DNA of 64,000 nucleotides, from the NCBI RefSeq assembly GCF_006345805.1, contig NC_043005.1:98270001-98334000 (forward strand), written 5' to 3'. Made by a program: the position numbers and the translations under genes. The notes under the pieces are model-generated. The model did not search any database and was not told where the DNA came from. It was given only the letters and a program-made list of their open reading frames with translations. Shown in pieces: positions 38,235 to 52,227 of this stretch. Source of the stretch: Octopus sinensis. Its lineage: Eukaryota. How positions within the stretch are numbered: the stretch's first letter is position 1; each line of letters begins with the position of its first letter.

Positions 38235-38463
38235 TGTATGTATGTATGTGTATGCATAGTTTTGCTTATACATGCACATCAAAATGTGTGTGTGAAAGTG
38301 TGTACACGTGTCGTGCATTTTCATAACATTATTATTTTTAACCTACTCTTTAATCTATATTCTATATTTCATCGTTTTTATACAATGTCTCAATTTATGC
38401 ACATACATGTATGTGTGTATATGAATGCTTACATATGTGTAAATATATATCTATGTGCATGTG

Positions 38464-38495
<32 letters not shown>

Positions 38496-39041
38496 TGCAT
38501 GCATTCATAAACGAACTAAAACTAATTCTGTCACACACATATGGAACACACTGCTTGTGCAGTTACCTCCCCTTGCCCAGCTGCACTCTTACCTGTTTCC
38601 TTAATATATATCCCAAGACTTCTTTCATTAAATACCTCAATACACATCAGTGTATTCTTTATGTTTATTAACCAGTATTGATTTTTAAGACATAGTGACC
38701 AACACAAACTCTGTTCAGCTGAAAAAGCAGCTCTTTTACATTACAATCTTGGAAGTTTTTGTTTTCTTTTTTGTTGTGTTATAATTGTTTTGCTTTTTTT
38801 CCATTGTTAGTTTATCATTTTCCTTTCTCATTCCATATAAGCTTCAAATGGTTTCTCTGTGTTCATTGTGTGTCCATACCCGTGTGTGTTTTGCTTGTCG
38901 ACATTTTTTTTATTGCCAATGAAAGAACTAGGTTTATATAATATTCCATTCATTTTATCTTTAGTAAATGTATTCAATAATATATACCAATAATATGGGT
39001 ATCAATACTTGCACATACATACATACATGTATATACGTAGC

Positions 39042-39073
<32 letters not shown>

Positions 39074-39532
39074 TGTATGTATGTATGTATGTATGTATGT
39101 ATGCATGTATGTATGTATGTATGCATGTATGTATGTATGTATGTATGTATGTGTGTATGTGCAATATGTAGCCAAATCATACAGCAATAATAACACAGCA
39201 ATAATATTAACAGTAATATATTTATAGTTAAGCTATATAGCAATAATATATACACTAGTAATTTATATAGCAATTATCTACATTGTAAGGTGTTTTTGAT
39301 TTTTCTCTTTAGTAACACATATGCTCTGACATTAATAGAATTTTACTCTTTATTGTATGTATGGGTGTGTATATGTGTGAGTGTATGTGTGTGTGTGTGT
39401 GTGTGTGATTTTATATGTTTTTATGCAAATATATAAATACATGTGTGGGTGTATGTATGGTTGTTAGTAAGTATATTTTATGTGTCCCTTCATAGGCTTG
39501 TGTGCATATGTGTGTGTGTGTATATACACATG

Positions 39533-39590
<58 letters not shown>

Positions 39591-40576
39591 TATATACATA
39601 TGCATATATATATATATCATCATCATCATCCATATATATATATATATATATTTGTGTATCTGTTTCTGTGTGTATGTTTATCTCTATATTATGTGACACT
39701 CGTCAGTATATATAGATTTTTGCACATGTGTACAAAAAAATGTTAATATGTGTATATGGCAGTGTTATTTTTGAGTGTGTGTATATATATATATATATAT
39801 ATGTAATAGAGTTAATTGGTGAGCGTGTATGCATAATGTGTGTGTATAATATTCATAGTTGATTACAGTGTAGAGGTGTGCATATAATAATCTTAATGGG
39901 TAAATGTGTGTAGAGTGTGTATGGTAGCTATAGTGAATAAGCTTGTATATGTATGTATATGTAATAGTGTTAGCGAGTAAGTGTATATATGTGTATATAA
40001 GCTTTTGTAGGTAAATGTGTATGTTTTTATGCATATGACAGTGGTTACATGTAGTAGATTAGTTTGTTTATGTGAGCTGTATATGAATGTGTATATGTAT
40101 ATATGAGTACAACAGTTTTAGCAAGGAATTCTATGTGTATAACACTTTTTATATTAGGTTATGTATGAAGGCTACAGCAGCCTGTGGTCCACTACAACCT
40201 GGTGCACAGTCAAGTCCTTAGTCACTAAATCCTCTCTGTCACCAGGCTTGCTTAATGAAGAGAGTGGTTACAAACCAAAAATAATGCCCTTTGAAAGAAC
40301 AGATGAGCATTATGTTAGGTCATCAACTATCTAACGATAGTCTGAATGCTTATAAGTTCTGGATTAGAGTCCAGTCTATAGTAAGACCATTGGAAATGCA
40401 GTACTGCTTAACTTTTGTTAAAGTATGTCTCGACACCAGCAGTATAACTGGGTGAACATTCTGGGCTTCACAGTTTCCAATGATCAGACAAGGAATAGGA
40501 TAACTACAAGCGTAAATCGTCACTGCTTGTGAGTGCCTATGAAGAGGCAAAAGCTAAGGGAGTCTGCACCCAGACA

Positions 40577-40881
40577 GTTTTTTGTTCTTTCTCAAGCCGT
40601 GCCTGGCTCATAAGGGCTGGTTTCCTGGTTTCCTTGGCATATAGGTTTCCCACCTGGACGGGACGCTGGTCCTTCACAGGTGAGCTGCAAGATGCAGGAG
40701 GAAAGAGTGAGAGAAAGTTGTGGCGACAGAGTCAGCAGAAGTTTGCCATTTCCTTCTGCCGGAGCCGCGTGGAGCTTAGGTGTTTCGCTCATAAACACAT
40801 ACATCACCTGGTCTGAGATTAGAACCCGTGATCCCTCAACTGCGAGTCCGCTGCTCTTACCACTAGGCCATGTGCCTCCAC
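40577..40881 (-). mobile_element. tRNA-derived SINE (family E)
   Basis: Minus-strand head GTGGAGGCACATGGCCTAGTGGTAAGAGCAGCGGACTCGCAG…GGTTCTAATC with A- and B-box-like motifs; A-rich tail. Confidence 0.75.
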
Positions 40882-41591
40882 CACCCAGACAGTACATTGG
40901 ATCGAAAGAGAACTTGAGGTCTACTGATTGTATTCATCCCCAAATGAGGATGCAGATGCAACACAGTTGTATCTGAATCACCTCCACCTCAGTGATGAAG
41001 ATGGGTACATTCATCCATGACTCCGTGAGTACTCATGTAAATGTGCATAAGATTTACATGATGTATATGTTTATAATACAGTGTTGCTATATAAGTGATT
41101 ATGCTTACATATAAATGTATATATATACACACTCTAAGACACATACTACACAGGGGAGATGTTTAGATGACGGGGATGCCTGGAAAAGTTAAACTGGTCC
41201 ACAGCATGCTGGCAGGCACCTGCAAAAAGATCAGCTGCTTGGAACTGGCCAGGAGCTGGCATCCAGTGGGATCATTGGCGGCCCAGGTCGGTGAAGCAGT
41301 CCTCCTTATTAGATGCAGGGAACAACTCCAGGGAACAAAAATTGTTACAGTAATGATAGAAAAGCAGAGACAAGAGATAGTGTGGCAGTGGGACAGAGGC
41401 TGGGGCTTGTCTGTGAGTGATTTTTATGCCAGGAAGCCACATGGTCCCTTTCTGGATATAATTTTTCACACTCATTCCACTGTCCAGTTTATTCCTGCAT
41501 GCCAGTGACACCAGAGCATGAAGTCATTGGTATAGATGTGCAGCTTCTTTTCATACGTATCTTACATAGCAAATATGATGACAGGGTAAAA

Positions 41592-42057
41592 ATTTGAATG
41601 AATGAAATTATTGTGTACAGTGCTCAGGTGCACCACAACTTGTTAAAAGTGCATATAAAGAATATGCAGTAATGTACAAATGTCTGGGAAGTGAACAGTG
41701 TATGAGTCAGATACATGCTTGCGTGTGTATGGAGGGGAGAAAATCAGGTGTAGTGTTGGCGAATCTCAGGAAGCATGGAAGTTTTGAAGGATGCAGTGCT
41801 CCAACAACTAACAACTGATGCCGGCAGTTTGTTCCATGCTTCAGCAACTCTTAACATGAAAAAATGTATTTCGAAAGTCATTGGAGCTGTGCTGTTTTCT
41901 GACTTTGTAAACATGTCCACAGGTGTTAGACAGGTGGAGTTTGAAAAGGTGCTCAGAGTTATTGTTTTTAAGATGGTTAATAATTTTATGAGTGTCTGTC
42001 AAGTTAGCTGCCAGACAACGTCGGAGTTTCAATGTATCCATGCCCAGGATAGTAAAC
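41592..42057 (-). mobile_element. CR1-like LINE 3' end
   Basis: LGMDTLKLRRCLAANLTDTHKIINHL…HVYKVRKQH; homologous to 47365-48072. Confidence 0.8.
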
Positions 42058-42238
42058 ATTTGACTCTTGTCTGGACAGAAAACGTTTGACTCATGTCTGG
42101 ACAGAAAACGTTCGACTCATATCTGGACAGAAAACGTTTGACTCATGTCTGGACAGAAAACGTTTGACTCATATCTAGACAGAAAACGTTTGACTCATGT
42201 CTGGACAGAAAACGTTTGACTCATGTCTGGACAGAAAA
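42058..42238. repeat. Minisatellite, 7 x 26 bp (GTTTGACTCATGTCTGGACAGAAAAC)
   Basis: Seven contiguous units with no spacers. Confidence 0.95.
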
Positions 42239-43071
42239 AGTAGGTGCTTGAACTTGGTATGTCAAGTGTCACGCAGGGAAAGGCGTACAGAAAAACTCCA
42301 TACAGAGGAGTTGAAATCTTGTTTTGATTCACAGTCAAGGCCTCTTCCTTAATTTTCTCTTCTAGAGATCTTCAGAAAGGTATAAAATTGACATAGATTC
42401 CTTGTTAGGTTTTCTTTCCAAAATAAAGGAAGATTTGCACCTAGTCACATGAAGCAAATATTTGTTTTGTTAATTTGGTTTGACTTTCAAACAACGAAAC
42501 ATATTAATTTATTATGATGCAGTTATGTTTCCATAGTAACGTCTCTAAATAGAAAACTACTGCTTTAACATAACCACACAAAAATATTTGTGGCTGCATA
42601 TGAAAATATCTGCAGGTATCTGCGTATGTATGTGTGAATGAATGTGTTTGTGTATGCAACTATGCTTAGATGCTGCTGTTTTCAATGTGTGTGTGTATGT
42701 GTGTGTGTGTATGTGTGTGTGTGTATGTGTGTGTGTGTATGTGTGTGTGTGTATGTGTGTGCGTGCATGCAAGTACATGCTTTATGTGTCAAGTTTATGA
42801 TGCAAAGATAGATAATTCTGCTAAAAAGTGACATAATTTAATCTAGCATACTGGCTTCAGATATGTAAATATTAGTAGATCATAAGATATGTCTGAAAAT
42901 TTAATATGTAATGTATGAGTGTGTCTATTTATATATCATCATAGTCACCATCATATATATATACATACATACATAAGTTCCTACCGATAATGGTTATATT
43001 TCCTTACCGAAATCTACCTGGAAATAATTGTTGGTTTTTTAAAAAATTAATAATTATTTACCCTTATATTA

Positions 43072-43099
<28 letters not shown>

Positions 43100-43102
<3 letters not shown>

Positions 43103-43421
43103 ATCAAAGCAAGCAACAAGGATATCCAGAGGTAATGCAGTACGATTGTTTCATGTGACTCCATTTAATTGAACAATGCAAGTATTACATCAGTTTTTAA
43201 AAATGTAGAGCAATCTACTTACCCTCTTTGTGATTTTGGTTAATGGAATAACTATAAAAATGAATCTTTTGAATTTAACTAAATTCTATATTTTTATGCA
43301 GCTGAAGATTGCTCTACATTTTAAAACTGATGTAATATTTGCATTGTTCAATTAAATGATGTCGCATGAAACAATCGTACTGCATTACCTCTGGATATCC
43401 TTGTTGCTTATTTTGATTATA
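43100..43421. repeat. Inverted repeat (arms 43100-43216 and 43306-43421) of the HHR2/HHR8 family
   Basis: Left arm is the reverse complement of the right arm, truncated inside the CUGAAGA core. Confidence 0.9.
43297..43384 (+). ncRNA. Type-I hammerhead ribozyme motif (HHR8)
   Basis: TGCAG|CTGAAGA|TTGC…GCAT|GAAA|CAATC|GTA|CTGCA; perfect 5-bp stem I. Confidence 0.75.
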
Positions 43422-43673
43422 ATCACACCATTTTGAATTATATGGATAATACCATACCAAATTCTGGTGCCTTTAACTTAAGTACCTTATTCAACTGAAT
43501 GTAAATTTTTACTGAACTTATATATATATATATATCACTTAATATACACAGGACTTAAATGTGAGTTACTATAAGTTTCAAACTTCTGATAATATAGTAG
43601 TTGGACAATCTTGTATAGTGTACTGTGTATTATTGGACAATTAGATTTGTACATATGTATATGTGTGTTAATG

Positions 43674-43723
<50 letters not shown>

Positions 43724-44049
43724 AATCTATGTATATATACATTTAATGTTTATTAATTGAATTGAATGAATGAAGAATAAATTTTTCATTTATTTGATGG
43801 CTGTTTTTCCATGCAAGTAGGCACTCGATGAGGAGTTAATTGATGCAGAATATCACAGCTGGGTGCTCTTCATGTTACCAACACTCACCTGGTTTTGCAA
43901 ATAAGAGATTTATGTATCCCACATGTCTTTCAAAGTGCAGACAACTGGTCAATATGTGAACGGGGAATGTCAGCATCACTGCTGTTTTGCTCACATTGCA
44001 GCAGGCAAAATACAAGCGTTTGAAACACATGCACACATATACAAATACA

Positions 44050-44091
<42 letters not shown>

Positions 44092-44232
44092 ACACACACA
44101 CACACACACAACACACACACACACACACACACACTCACGTACATATTCACATATTCACACATGCACATTCACACACATGCACACACACTCACACACATGC
44201 ACACACACATCCACATATTACACATCCATACA

Positions 44233-44264
<32 letters not shown>

Positions 44265-45784
44265 GCACACATACATATTCATATATTCACACATGCACAT
44301 CCATACATCACACACACATGCACACACACACACATACACACATACACACACACATATATCCACATATCACACATCCATACATCTTTCTCTCTCTCTCTCG
44401 CACACACACACACACACACATGGTGAGCTTACCAGACTTTCTGAACTTTCAAATTCATTCACAAGGCAGGGGTCAGCCTGAGATGATGCTTGCCCTAAGT
44501 GTTGTGCCAATGGGGACTAAACCAATACAACCAATGATGTGGTAGAGCGAACTTCTTAATGACACAGTATTATGTACCCTGCTGACCTTTCTCATTGGTA
44601 AAACAGCTTTTTTCAGTGAGAGAAAAACTATCCAGTCGCTGATAAAGTGTTAACAAATGTTGAAATTTGTCTGATTGTTCTTTTCTTTTCTTTTTGCTTT
44701 TTCTGACTACACAGACAGGAAAAAAAAGCAAAGCTCAACTACTGTGAAAGTACATCAGTTTAACCACTGCGTTTATTTTTTACAGTGGGGTTAAATCTTG
44801 TGTCAGTTAAACACACACACTCTTAAAACATTTCCCTGCATTTCTGCATACACACACATACACATACACATGTACACATGCACATGCACTCATGCATACA
44901 CACACAAACACACACATGCAGTTAACCTTGTCTCAGTAATGCTACTCTCATCATTGGTGAAGAAGTGGGGGGGGGGGAAAGCAATATTTAAAGATATTGG
45001 TTTAAAGTTTTAATACCTGATATTATATGTTCGTTACATGGCCTATAATATTGATTGCCATTCATCATTTTTATGTATCAGGAAAGATCTTGGGGAAAGA
45101 ATTTGGGGCATATAGCAACAATTTGAAATGAATATATTCTTCTTGTTTAGAAGTGGCGAAGCAGATGGTGTGAAGATTTTATGCAAGACAGAGAACTGAA
45201 TATTTTAACCAATTTCCAAATGTAATTTCTCTTTCCGAAACAGCTCATGTGATGATTGCGTTTCCCCTTCATTGCTTGATTTTCAGATTGATTTAGAAAG
45301 TGTCACTCCAAGCTGTTTTCCAAGTGATGGTCATGCTCAGTCAGCAAATTTAAGTTGTTGTTGTTGTTGTTGTTGTCATATAACCCCAGGTTAGCTCTAA
45401 TGAAACGGACCTATGATCAGATGTATTCCATTCATGGCCATCTCATTTGTTTTTTGTTCTGTGCGAAAGGAACCTAGAGCCACATTATCCCAATGTGTCC
45501 TTTTCTAACATGATGGTGAGATGTTATTTTGAGGGGGATTTGGCTGCTGCTTCTTGCGGGTTGGACGGCCACATAGTGGTTCCTCTATTGATTTGAGATG
45601 ATTTATATAATTGATCAAGATAGCTACATGGATGTTAGCATGGTAGTGCCACCATACTTCAACAATTTCTTTTTGTCTCTTTACTTTATGTTGGACTGTT
45701 TACAACAATTTTGCATCATGACACTTGACAAAGCTGGACATGTCTGAGATGCAACTGATGTTTATCTTAATGCTGTTTTTTTCT

Positions 45785-45787
45785 ATT

Positions 45788-45822
<35 letters not shown>

Positions 45823-45924
45823 TATCATCATCATCATCATCATTATCATCATCATCATCATTGTCATCGTTGTTGTCATCATGATCATCTCAATATCATC
45901 ATCATCATCATCATCATCATCATT

Positions 45925-45968
<44 letters not shown>

Positions 45969-46222
45969 TATCATCATCATCATCATCATCATCATTATCA
46001 TCATCATCATCATTGTCATCGTTGTTGTCATCATGATCATCTCAATATCATCATCATCATCATCATCATCGTCATCATCGTTATCATCATCATCATCGTT
46101 GTCATCATCATTATCATTGTCATCATCATTAATATCATCATAATTGTCATCATCATCATCATCATCATCGTCGTCGTCGTCATCATCATTAATATCATCA
46201 TAATTGTCATCATCATCATAAT
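45785..46222. repeat. (ATC)n microsatellite with internal higher-order duplications
   Basis: Variant block TTGTCATCGTTGTTGTCATCATGATCATCTCAAT at 45861 and 46013. Confidence 0.9.
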
Positions 46223-47364
46223 TTTAATGTCAACTTTCCCCGGCAGAATTTCGTCGAGGCAGAGTTTTCTCCGGCTGGATACCATTCTGGTCACCATCCC
46301 TCACCTGTTCCCAAGTAAGGTAATATTTCTCCATAACTGGATATCTTTTCATGGAATTGGCAGAAAGAAGAACACCACTTGCACCATGGTGACATACACT
46401 TATAACTATCATGTGAATTTCTTATAGAATTTGAGATTCAGGTTTATTTTCCGTGATCTTTAGTGAAAACTGTGCTGAAGCTTGTGTTTCAGTGAATAGC
46501 ACATGGTGATATTGATCCCATGATTTTAGATGTCATTCTCTTTTCAGTTACCCACTAGCATAGCTAGAGGAGTGGCAGAGGGAGCAGTCCACCCCAGGTG
46601 ACACTTTTATGGAGGTGGCACCACTTTTGGGTCTGAGGCAGGATAAAGTCTGTACAGGCTGGATTGGAATCAAATAATAGTGGTTTTAATGTCAGGACAC
46701 AGACACTTCTCACCATTAAATGCAACAACCAATATAGTCACTGTGCAATATGTATTTTTCATAGGGGGCCTAGGGGTAGTAAACTGGGTGGCACAAACTC
46801 TAGCTTCATCACTGCAGTTAACATGGACTCATGTATACATACAAGCATGTGTCCACACACAACACACACACACACGTGCACACGCACACACATACACACA
46901 CACACATGCACAACCATGCACCCACAGACACAGAAACCAAAATATGTATCTATAGTATTTACTTCTGTTTTTCAATGCTGTCATGGGTTGGACTTTCTTG
47001 ATGTGGTATGGTTTGCCATTGAAGACTCTAATGCATTTGTGGGGTGGAACTTGTTTAATGGCCAAACAAACTTCAGAAAGCAGTAATATGATGCCATCAC
47101 TGTTTGTTTTCGGACACCCTGTATCTATCTTTGACTTTATTATTCTGTGTAGTTTTTTTTTTAGATGATTAGATGGAATTTAAGGGTGATTTGATATTTT
47201 TGCTTTTGGTTTATCATTCATATTTTACTTGTTTCAGTCATGCTGGAGCATCCCCTTGAAAGGGTTTAGTAGAAAAATTGAACCCCAGTACTTATATTTT
47301 AAATCTGCAACTTATTCTGTTTGTGTCTTTTACCAAACTGCTAAGTTATGGGCATGCGTTGAAT

Positions 47365-48072
47365 GAAACACATTGCTAAATTGCCAAGAAGGCTGAAGGT
47401 GTTTTGGAATCACTCACCAAGTCTTTTGTGAGCTGCTCTTCGGCTATTTATCTGCGGCTTTATATAGCTATGGACCTCACCTGGAATTTGCATCACCGGT
47501 CTGGAACCCCTATCTTGCCCAGGATATTAATCGTCTGGAAGCCGTTCAGCAACGTGCAACCAAGAGAATACCCTCCATCAGGCATTTGCCATGTTCTGAA
47601 CGCCTTACTTCTCTGGGCATGGATACATTGAAACTCCGACGTCTGACAGCTGACTTGGCAGACACCCATAAAATTATTAACCATCTTACAAACAATAACT
47701 CTGAGCACCTTTTCAAACTCCATCTGTCTAACACCCATGGACATGTTTACAAAGTCAGAAAACAGCACAGATCCTTCCATGACTTTCGGAAACATTTTTT
47801 CACGCTAAGAGTTGCTGAAGCATGGAACAAACTGCCGGCATCAGTTGTTAGTTGTCGGAGCACTGCATCCTTCAAAACTTCCATGCTTCCTGAGATTCAC
47901 CAACACTAAACCTGATTTTCTCCCCTCCATACACACGCAAGCATGTATCTGACTCATACACTGTTCACTTCCCAGACATTTGTACATTACTGCATATTCT
48001 TTATACACACTTTTGATAAGTTGTGGTGCACCTGAGCACTATATACAATAATTTCATTATTATTATTATTAT
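47365..48072 (+). mobile_element. CR1-like LINE 3' portion with (TTA)n tail
   Basis: RPHLEFASPVWNPYLAQDINRLEAVQQRATKRIP…FFTLRVAEAWNKLPASVV. Confidence 0.85.
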
Positions 48073-48319
48073 TGTTTCAGTCATTTGACTGAAACACATC
48101 AGTATCGGTTGTCAAGCAATGCTAGGGGGACAAACACACACATATATATATATACATATATACAACAGGCTTCTTTCAGTTTCCATCTTCCAAATCCACT
48201 CACAAGGCATTGGTCGGCTATAGCACAAGACACTTGCCCAAGATGCCACGCAGTGGGACTGAACCTGGAACCATGTGGTTGGTTAGCAAGCTACTTACCA
48301 CACAGCCACTCCTGCGCCT
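48073..48319 (-). mobile_element. SINE family A, internally deleted
   Basis: Homology to other A copies. Confidence 0.75.
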
Positions 48320-48325
48320 ATATAT

Positions 48326-48394
<69 letters not shown>

Positions 48395-48408
48395 TATATA
48401 TATATATG

Positions 48409-48477
<69 letters not shown>

Positions 48478-48609
48478 TGTATATATATATATATATGTAT
48501 ACAACAAAACACCTGTTTCCTTCTCTCTGTCTCACTCTAACCTTTCATCACCTGACACAAGATCACTTTCTCCAATGCCTCCTCCCCTCTCAGAAGATTT
48601 TTGTCTTGC

Positions 48610-48910
48610 AAGTTACTTCATGATTTTGCCAATGCAAGTGCCATTTAAAAAGCATCCTGTCTATGCTGCGAAGTGGTAGGCATTTGGAAGGGCATCCAGC
48701 TGTAAAATCCTTGCTTATGCTTGTGCGATGTAAAAAGCACTAAATCCACTCTGCTGGGTGGTTAGAGTTAGGAAAGGTATCCATCTGTAAAAATCTTGCC
48801 AAAACAGTCACAGAAGTCTGGTGCTAGCTTCTGTTTGGTTGGCTCCTATCAAAGAGTCCCACCCATGCCATCATGGAAGGCGGATGTTAAATGAGACGAT
48901 GATGAAGATG
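48610..48910 (+). mobile_element. Family C-related SINE
   Basis: GGAAGGGCATCCAGCTGTAAAA motif and (GAT)n tail. Confidence 0.7.
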
Positions 48911-49140
48911 ATATATATAAAACTGAAGTTTTAAATAGCGGCCAGATATTGGATGTATGGAACTTGGAATTGTGACATTTGAAGTTACAGCTTAAATAAA
49001 TATGTTTTGTCTCTCTACTTCCAGCAGAGAACACACATGTTTCTTCTTGTTTATAATTAAATGTTTACAGATATATGTGTAAGTGTATGTTTGTCTACAT
49101 AATCAATATATGTGTGTGTGTTTCTATAAATATGTTTTCT

Positions 49141-49546
49141 TTTATTTTCTTTTATTTCTTTTACTTGTTTCAGTCATTTGACTGCGACCATGCTGGAGCA
49201 CCGCCTTTAGTCAAGCAGCTCAACCCCGGGACTTATTCATTGTAAGCCCAGTACTTATTCTATCGGTCTCTTTTGCCGAACCGCTAAGTAACGGGGACAT
49301 AAACCACCAGCATCGGTTGTCAAGCAATGCTAGGGGGACAAACACAAACATACATGCACACACACATATATATACATATATACGACGGGCTTCTTTCAGT
49401 TTCCGTCTACCAAATCAACTCACAAGGCTTTGGTCGGCACGAAGCTATAGTAGAAGACACTTGCCCAAGGTGCCATGCAGTGGGACTGAACCCGGAACCA
49501 TGTGGTTGGTAAACAAGCTACTTACCACACAGCCACTCCTGCGCCT
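49141..49546 (-). mobile_element. SINE family A, full-length
   Basis: Homology to 21325-21741. Confidence 0.9.
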
Positions 49547-49957
49547 GTGTGTATATATGTGTGTGTATATATATATATGCCTGTGCACACGCGTATGTGT
49601 ATACTTGTATGTGTGCATGCATGAACTTATGTATGTATTTATGGATGTATGTACTTAAGTGTGTATGTGTGTATGTTTGATTGAGAGATTAAAAGATTTG
49701 AGATTGAAGAGAATAATCCCTTATTACTTTACAATACATTTATGTTATAGGCTGTTGCATAAACATAATAACATGCGCATACAAATGTGTGTCTCTCTAT
49801 GAATATAACTATGCATGAGCGCATGCACACATGCACACACACACACATGCATACATACATACATATATATGTATATGTATGTGTGTGTGTATGTGTGCAT
49901 TTGTATATATTTAAGCACATAATATATATATATACACACACACATATATATATATAC

Positions 49958-50013
<56 letters not shown>

Positions 50014-50647
50014 TATACACATATACATAATATATATATAATATATATATATACATATATATATATGTATATATATATATATAATTAAAGAGTTAACGAT
50101 TCACTTCAAATCATCAACAAGAAAGTAGTCTCTTTCTTTCATCTATACACTTAAACATGTATGTCTGTGTGTGTGTGTGTGTGTGTGTACCTCTGAATGC
50201 ATGCATACATATAATCTGCTATTAACCTTAGCTAATCTATATGCTTTTAATGAGAGCCAACATTCAACAACAGGTAGATTGATTAAAAACCAACAAACCA
50301 GCCAGCCAGCCAGCCAGCCAAGAACCAACCAACTAACCAGCCAGCCAGTCAAACTAATTAAGTGACCTGGCTATTTCACTTTCACATCTCACGCAAACGA
50401 AGAGCAAAGTTAGCTTAACCTTCAGTGGAAGCTGTGGTCAGAGTGAATGGCTGTATTCTGTCTCCACCAACATATTACAATAGGGTGTGGTGGCCATGCT
50501 GTGACTATTACAAATACAATGGCGTTTTTTGTGATACCTCAGAAAACGATTTGAGGGAAGTGACCTTCTTTCACATGATGTATATAATGCATATATATAT
50601 ATTATTTATATATATATATATATATTATTAATATATATATATATTAT

Positions 50648-50682
<35 letters not shown>

Positions 50683-50910
50683 ATATATATATATATATGT
50701 ATACATATATGTAATCCATATATAATAAATATATTCATGTATGTATATACATATATGTTTTATATATTTATGTGTGTGTGTGTATGTATATATATATATA
50801 TGTATATATAATATATATTTATATATAGATGTATATGTATATGTATATGTGTGTATGAGTGTCAGTTTGTGTGTGTGTGCGTGTGTGTGCCTCTGTGGGT
50901 GTGCATGTAT

Positions 50911-50946
<36 letters not shown>

Positions 50947-51669
50947 GTCTGTGTGTGTATGTATATATATCAGAAAAGTAAAGAATGATTACTATATCAG
51001 GATTACTATTGGTGAGAATGACCCTTGGTCAATCAGTCAGTTTGATCATCGGTCACATTGACCATTGGTCAGATTGGCCATTAGTCAAAGATTTTCTGTC
51101 AATTTGACTGTCATCAGTCAATCAAAGCCTTCAATCAAATTCACTATTTATCATAGTGGCAACAAGGTACAAGTGTATTAAACTGAAGACAATAGTGTTC
51201 AGTTTTCTGGAAACATCTTGTACTGTATTAATTTTAACAGTTTGTCTGGTTGTCTGCATTTCTCTTTTATCCTCTGTGAATATCTACATATATGAGTGTG
51301 TGCATGAGCGAAAACACACACACACACACTGGTGCACACAATGGTAACCAAGCACCTTTTATCTTGTACCTTTTACTTGCTTCAGTCTGTGGACTGCGGC
51401 TTTTCTGGGACAGCGCCTTGAATGGTTCAGTCAAACCAACTAAGCTCAGTATTTATCTTCGAGACTGGTAGTTATTTTATCAGTTTCTAATTGCCAAATT
51501 GCGAAGTTATATGGACATAAACAAACCAGCACTGGTTTTGAAGAGGTGGTGGTGCCGGTGGACAAACTCAAAGACACACACACACGTGTGTGTGTGTGCG
51601 TGAATATATACATACACTTGCACCTGGATGTAGCTATGCCTGCACCTATATATATATACATGCATATAT

Positions 51670-51734
<65 letters not shown>

Positions 51735-52157
51735 CTATCTATATATATAGATAGATAGATAGATATTACAAGTAAACTCAGAGCCTTGATAAATTACGGT
51801 GAAAGGACGACTATGAAAGTCGTTTTTGCACAATAATAACTATATGATAATATATCATAATAATAATATATATACTCTGATTAAAGCAACATTATCTAAA
51901 CAACTGACTGAAAAATGACAAGCTTACCCAGGCTAGAATTGAACCCACACATCAATGCTAACATGGCTCCAAGCATATCTGATTGAGCCAGATACTCATC
52001 CATGAATTTCAGCCAAATTTTATGTTAGATACTTTACTGTCTAGCACTATGTATGACATTTGTTAACAAAACTGGGTTTATTTACAAATATTATATCTAG
52101 TACTAGACAGTTAAGTATCTTTACATAAAATTTGGCTGAAATTCGTATATATATATA

Positions 52158-52227
<70 letters not shown>

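Noticed and set aside
42058-42238. CRISPR-like array
   Set aside because: The units are contiguous with no unique spacers, and the context is eukaryotic.
42347-42379. Minus-strand CUGAAGA-UCU…AGA-GAAA-AUUA, and a plus-strand 14-nt micro-exon (42366-42379)
   Set aside because: Stem I is 3 bp with two wobbles; the donor GTATAA is weak; neither reading has further support.
43217-43260. Minus-strand 29-nt exon candidate (TTTATAG|…|GTAAGT) in the inverted-repeat spacer
   Set aside because: It lies in repeat-derived context and has no supporting neighbouring exons; it cannot be evaluated without RNA data.
51183-51235. CUGAAGA…GAAA-CAUCUU-GUA
   Set aside because: Stem I cannot form and stem II is only 2 bp.
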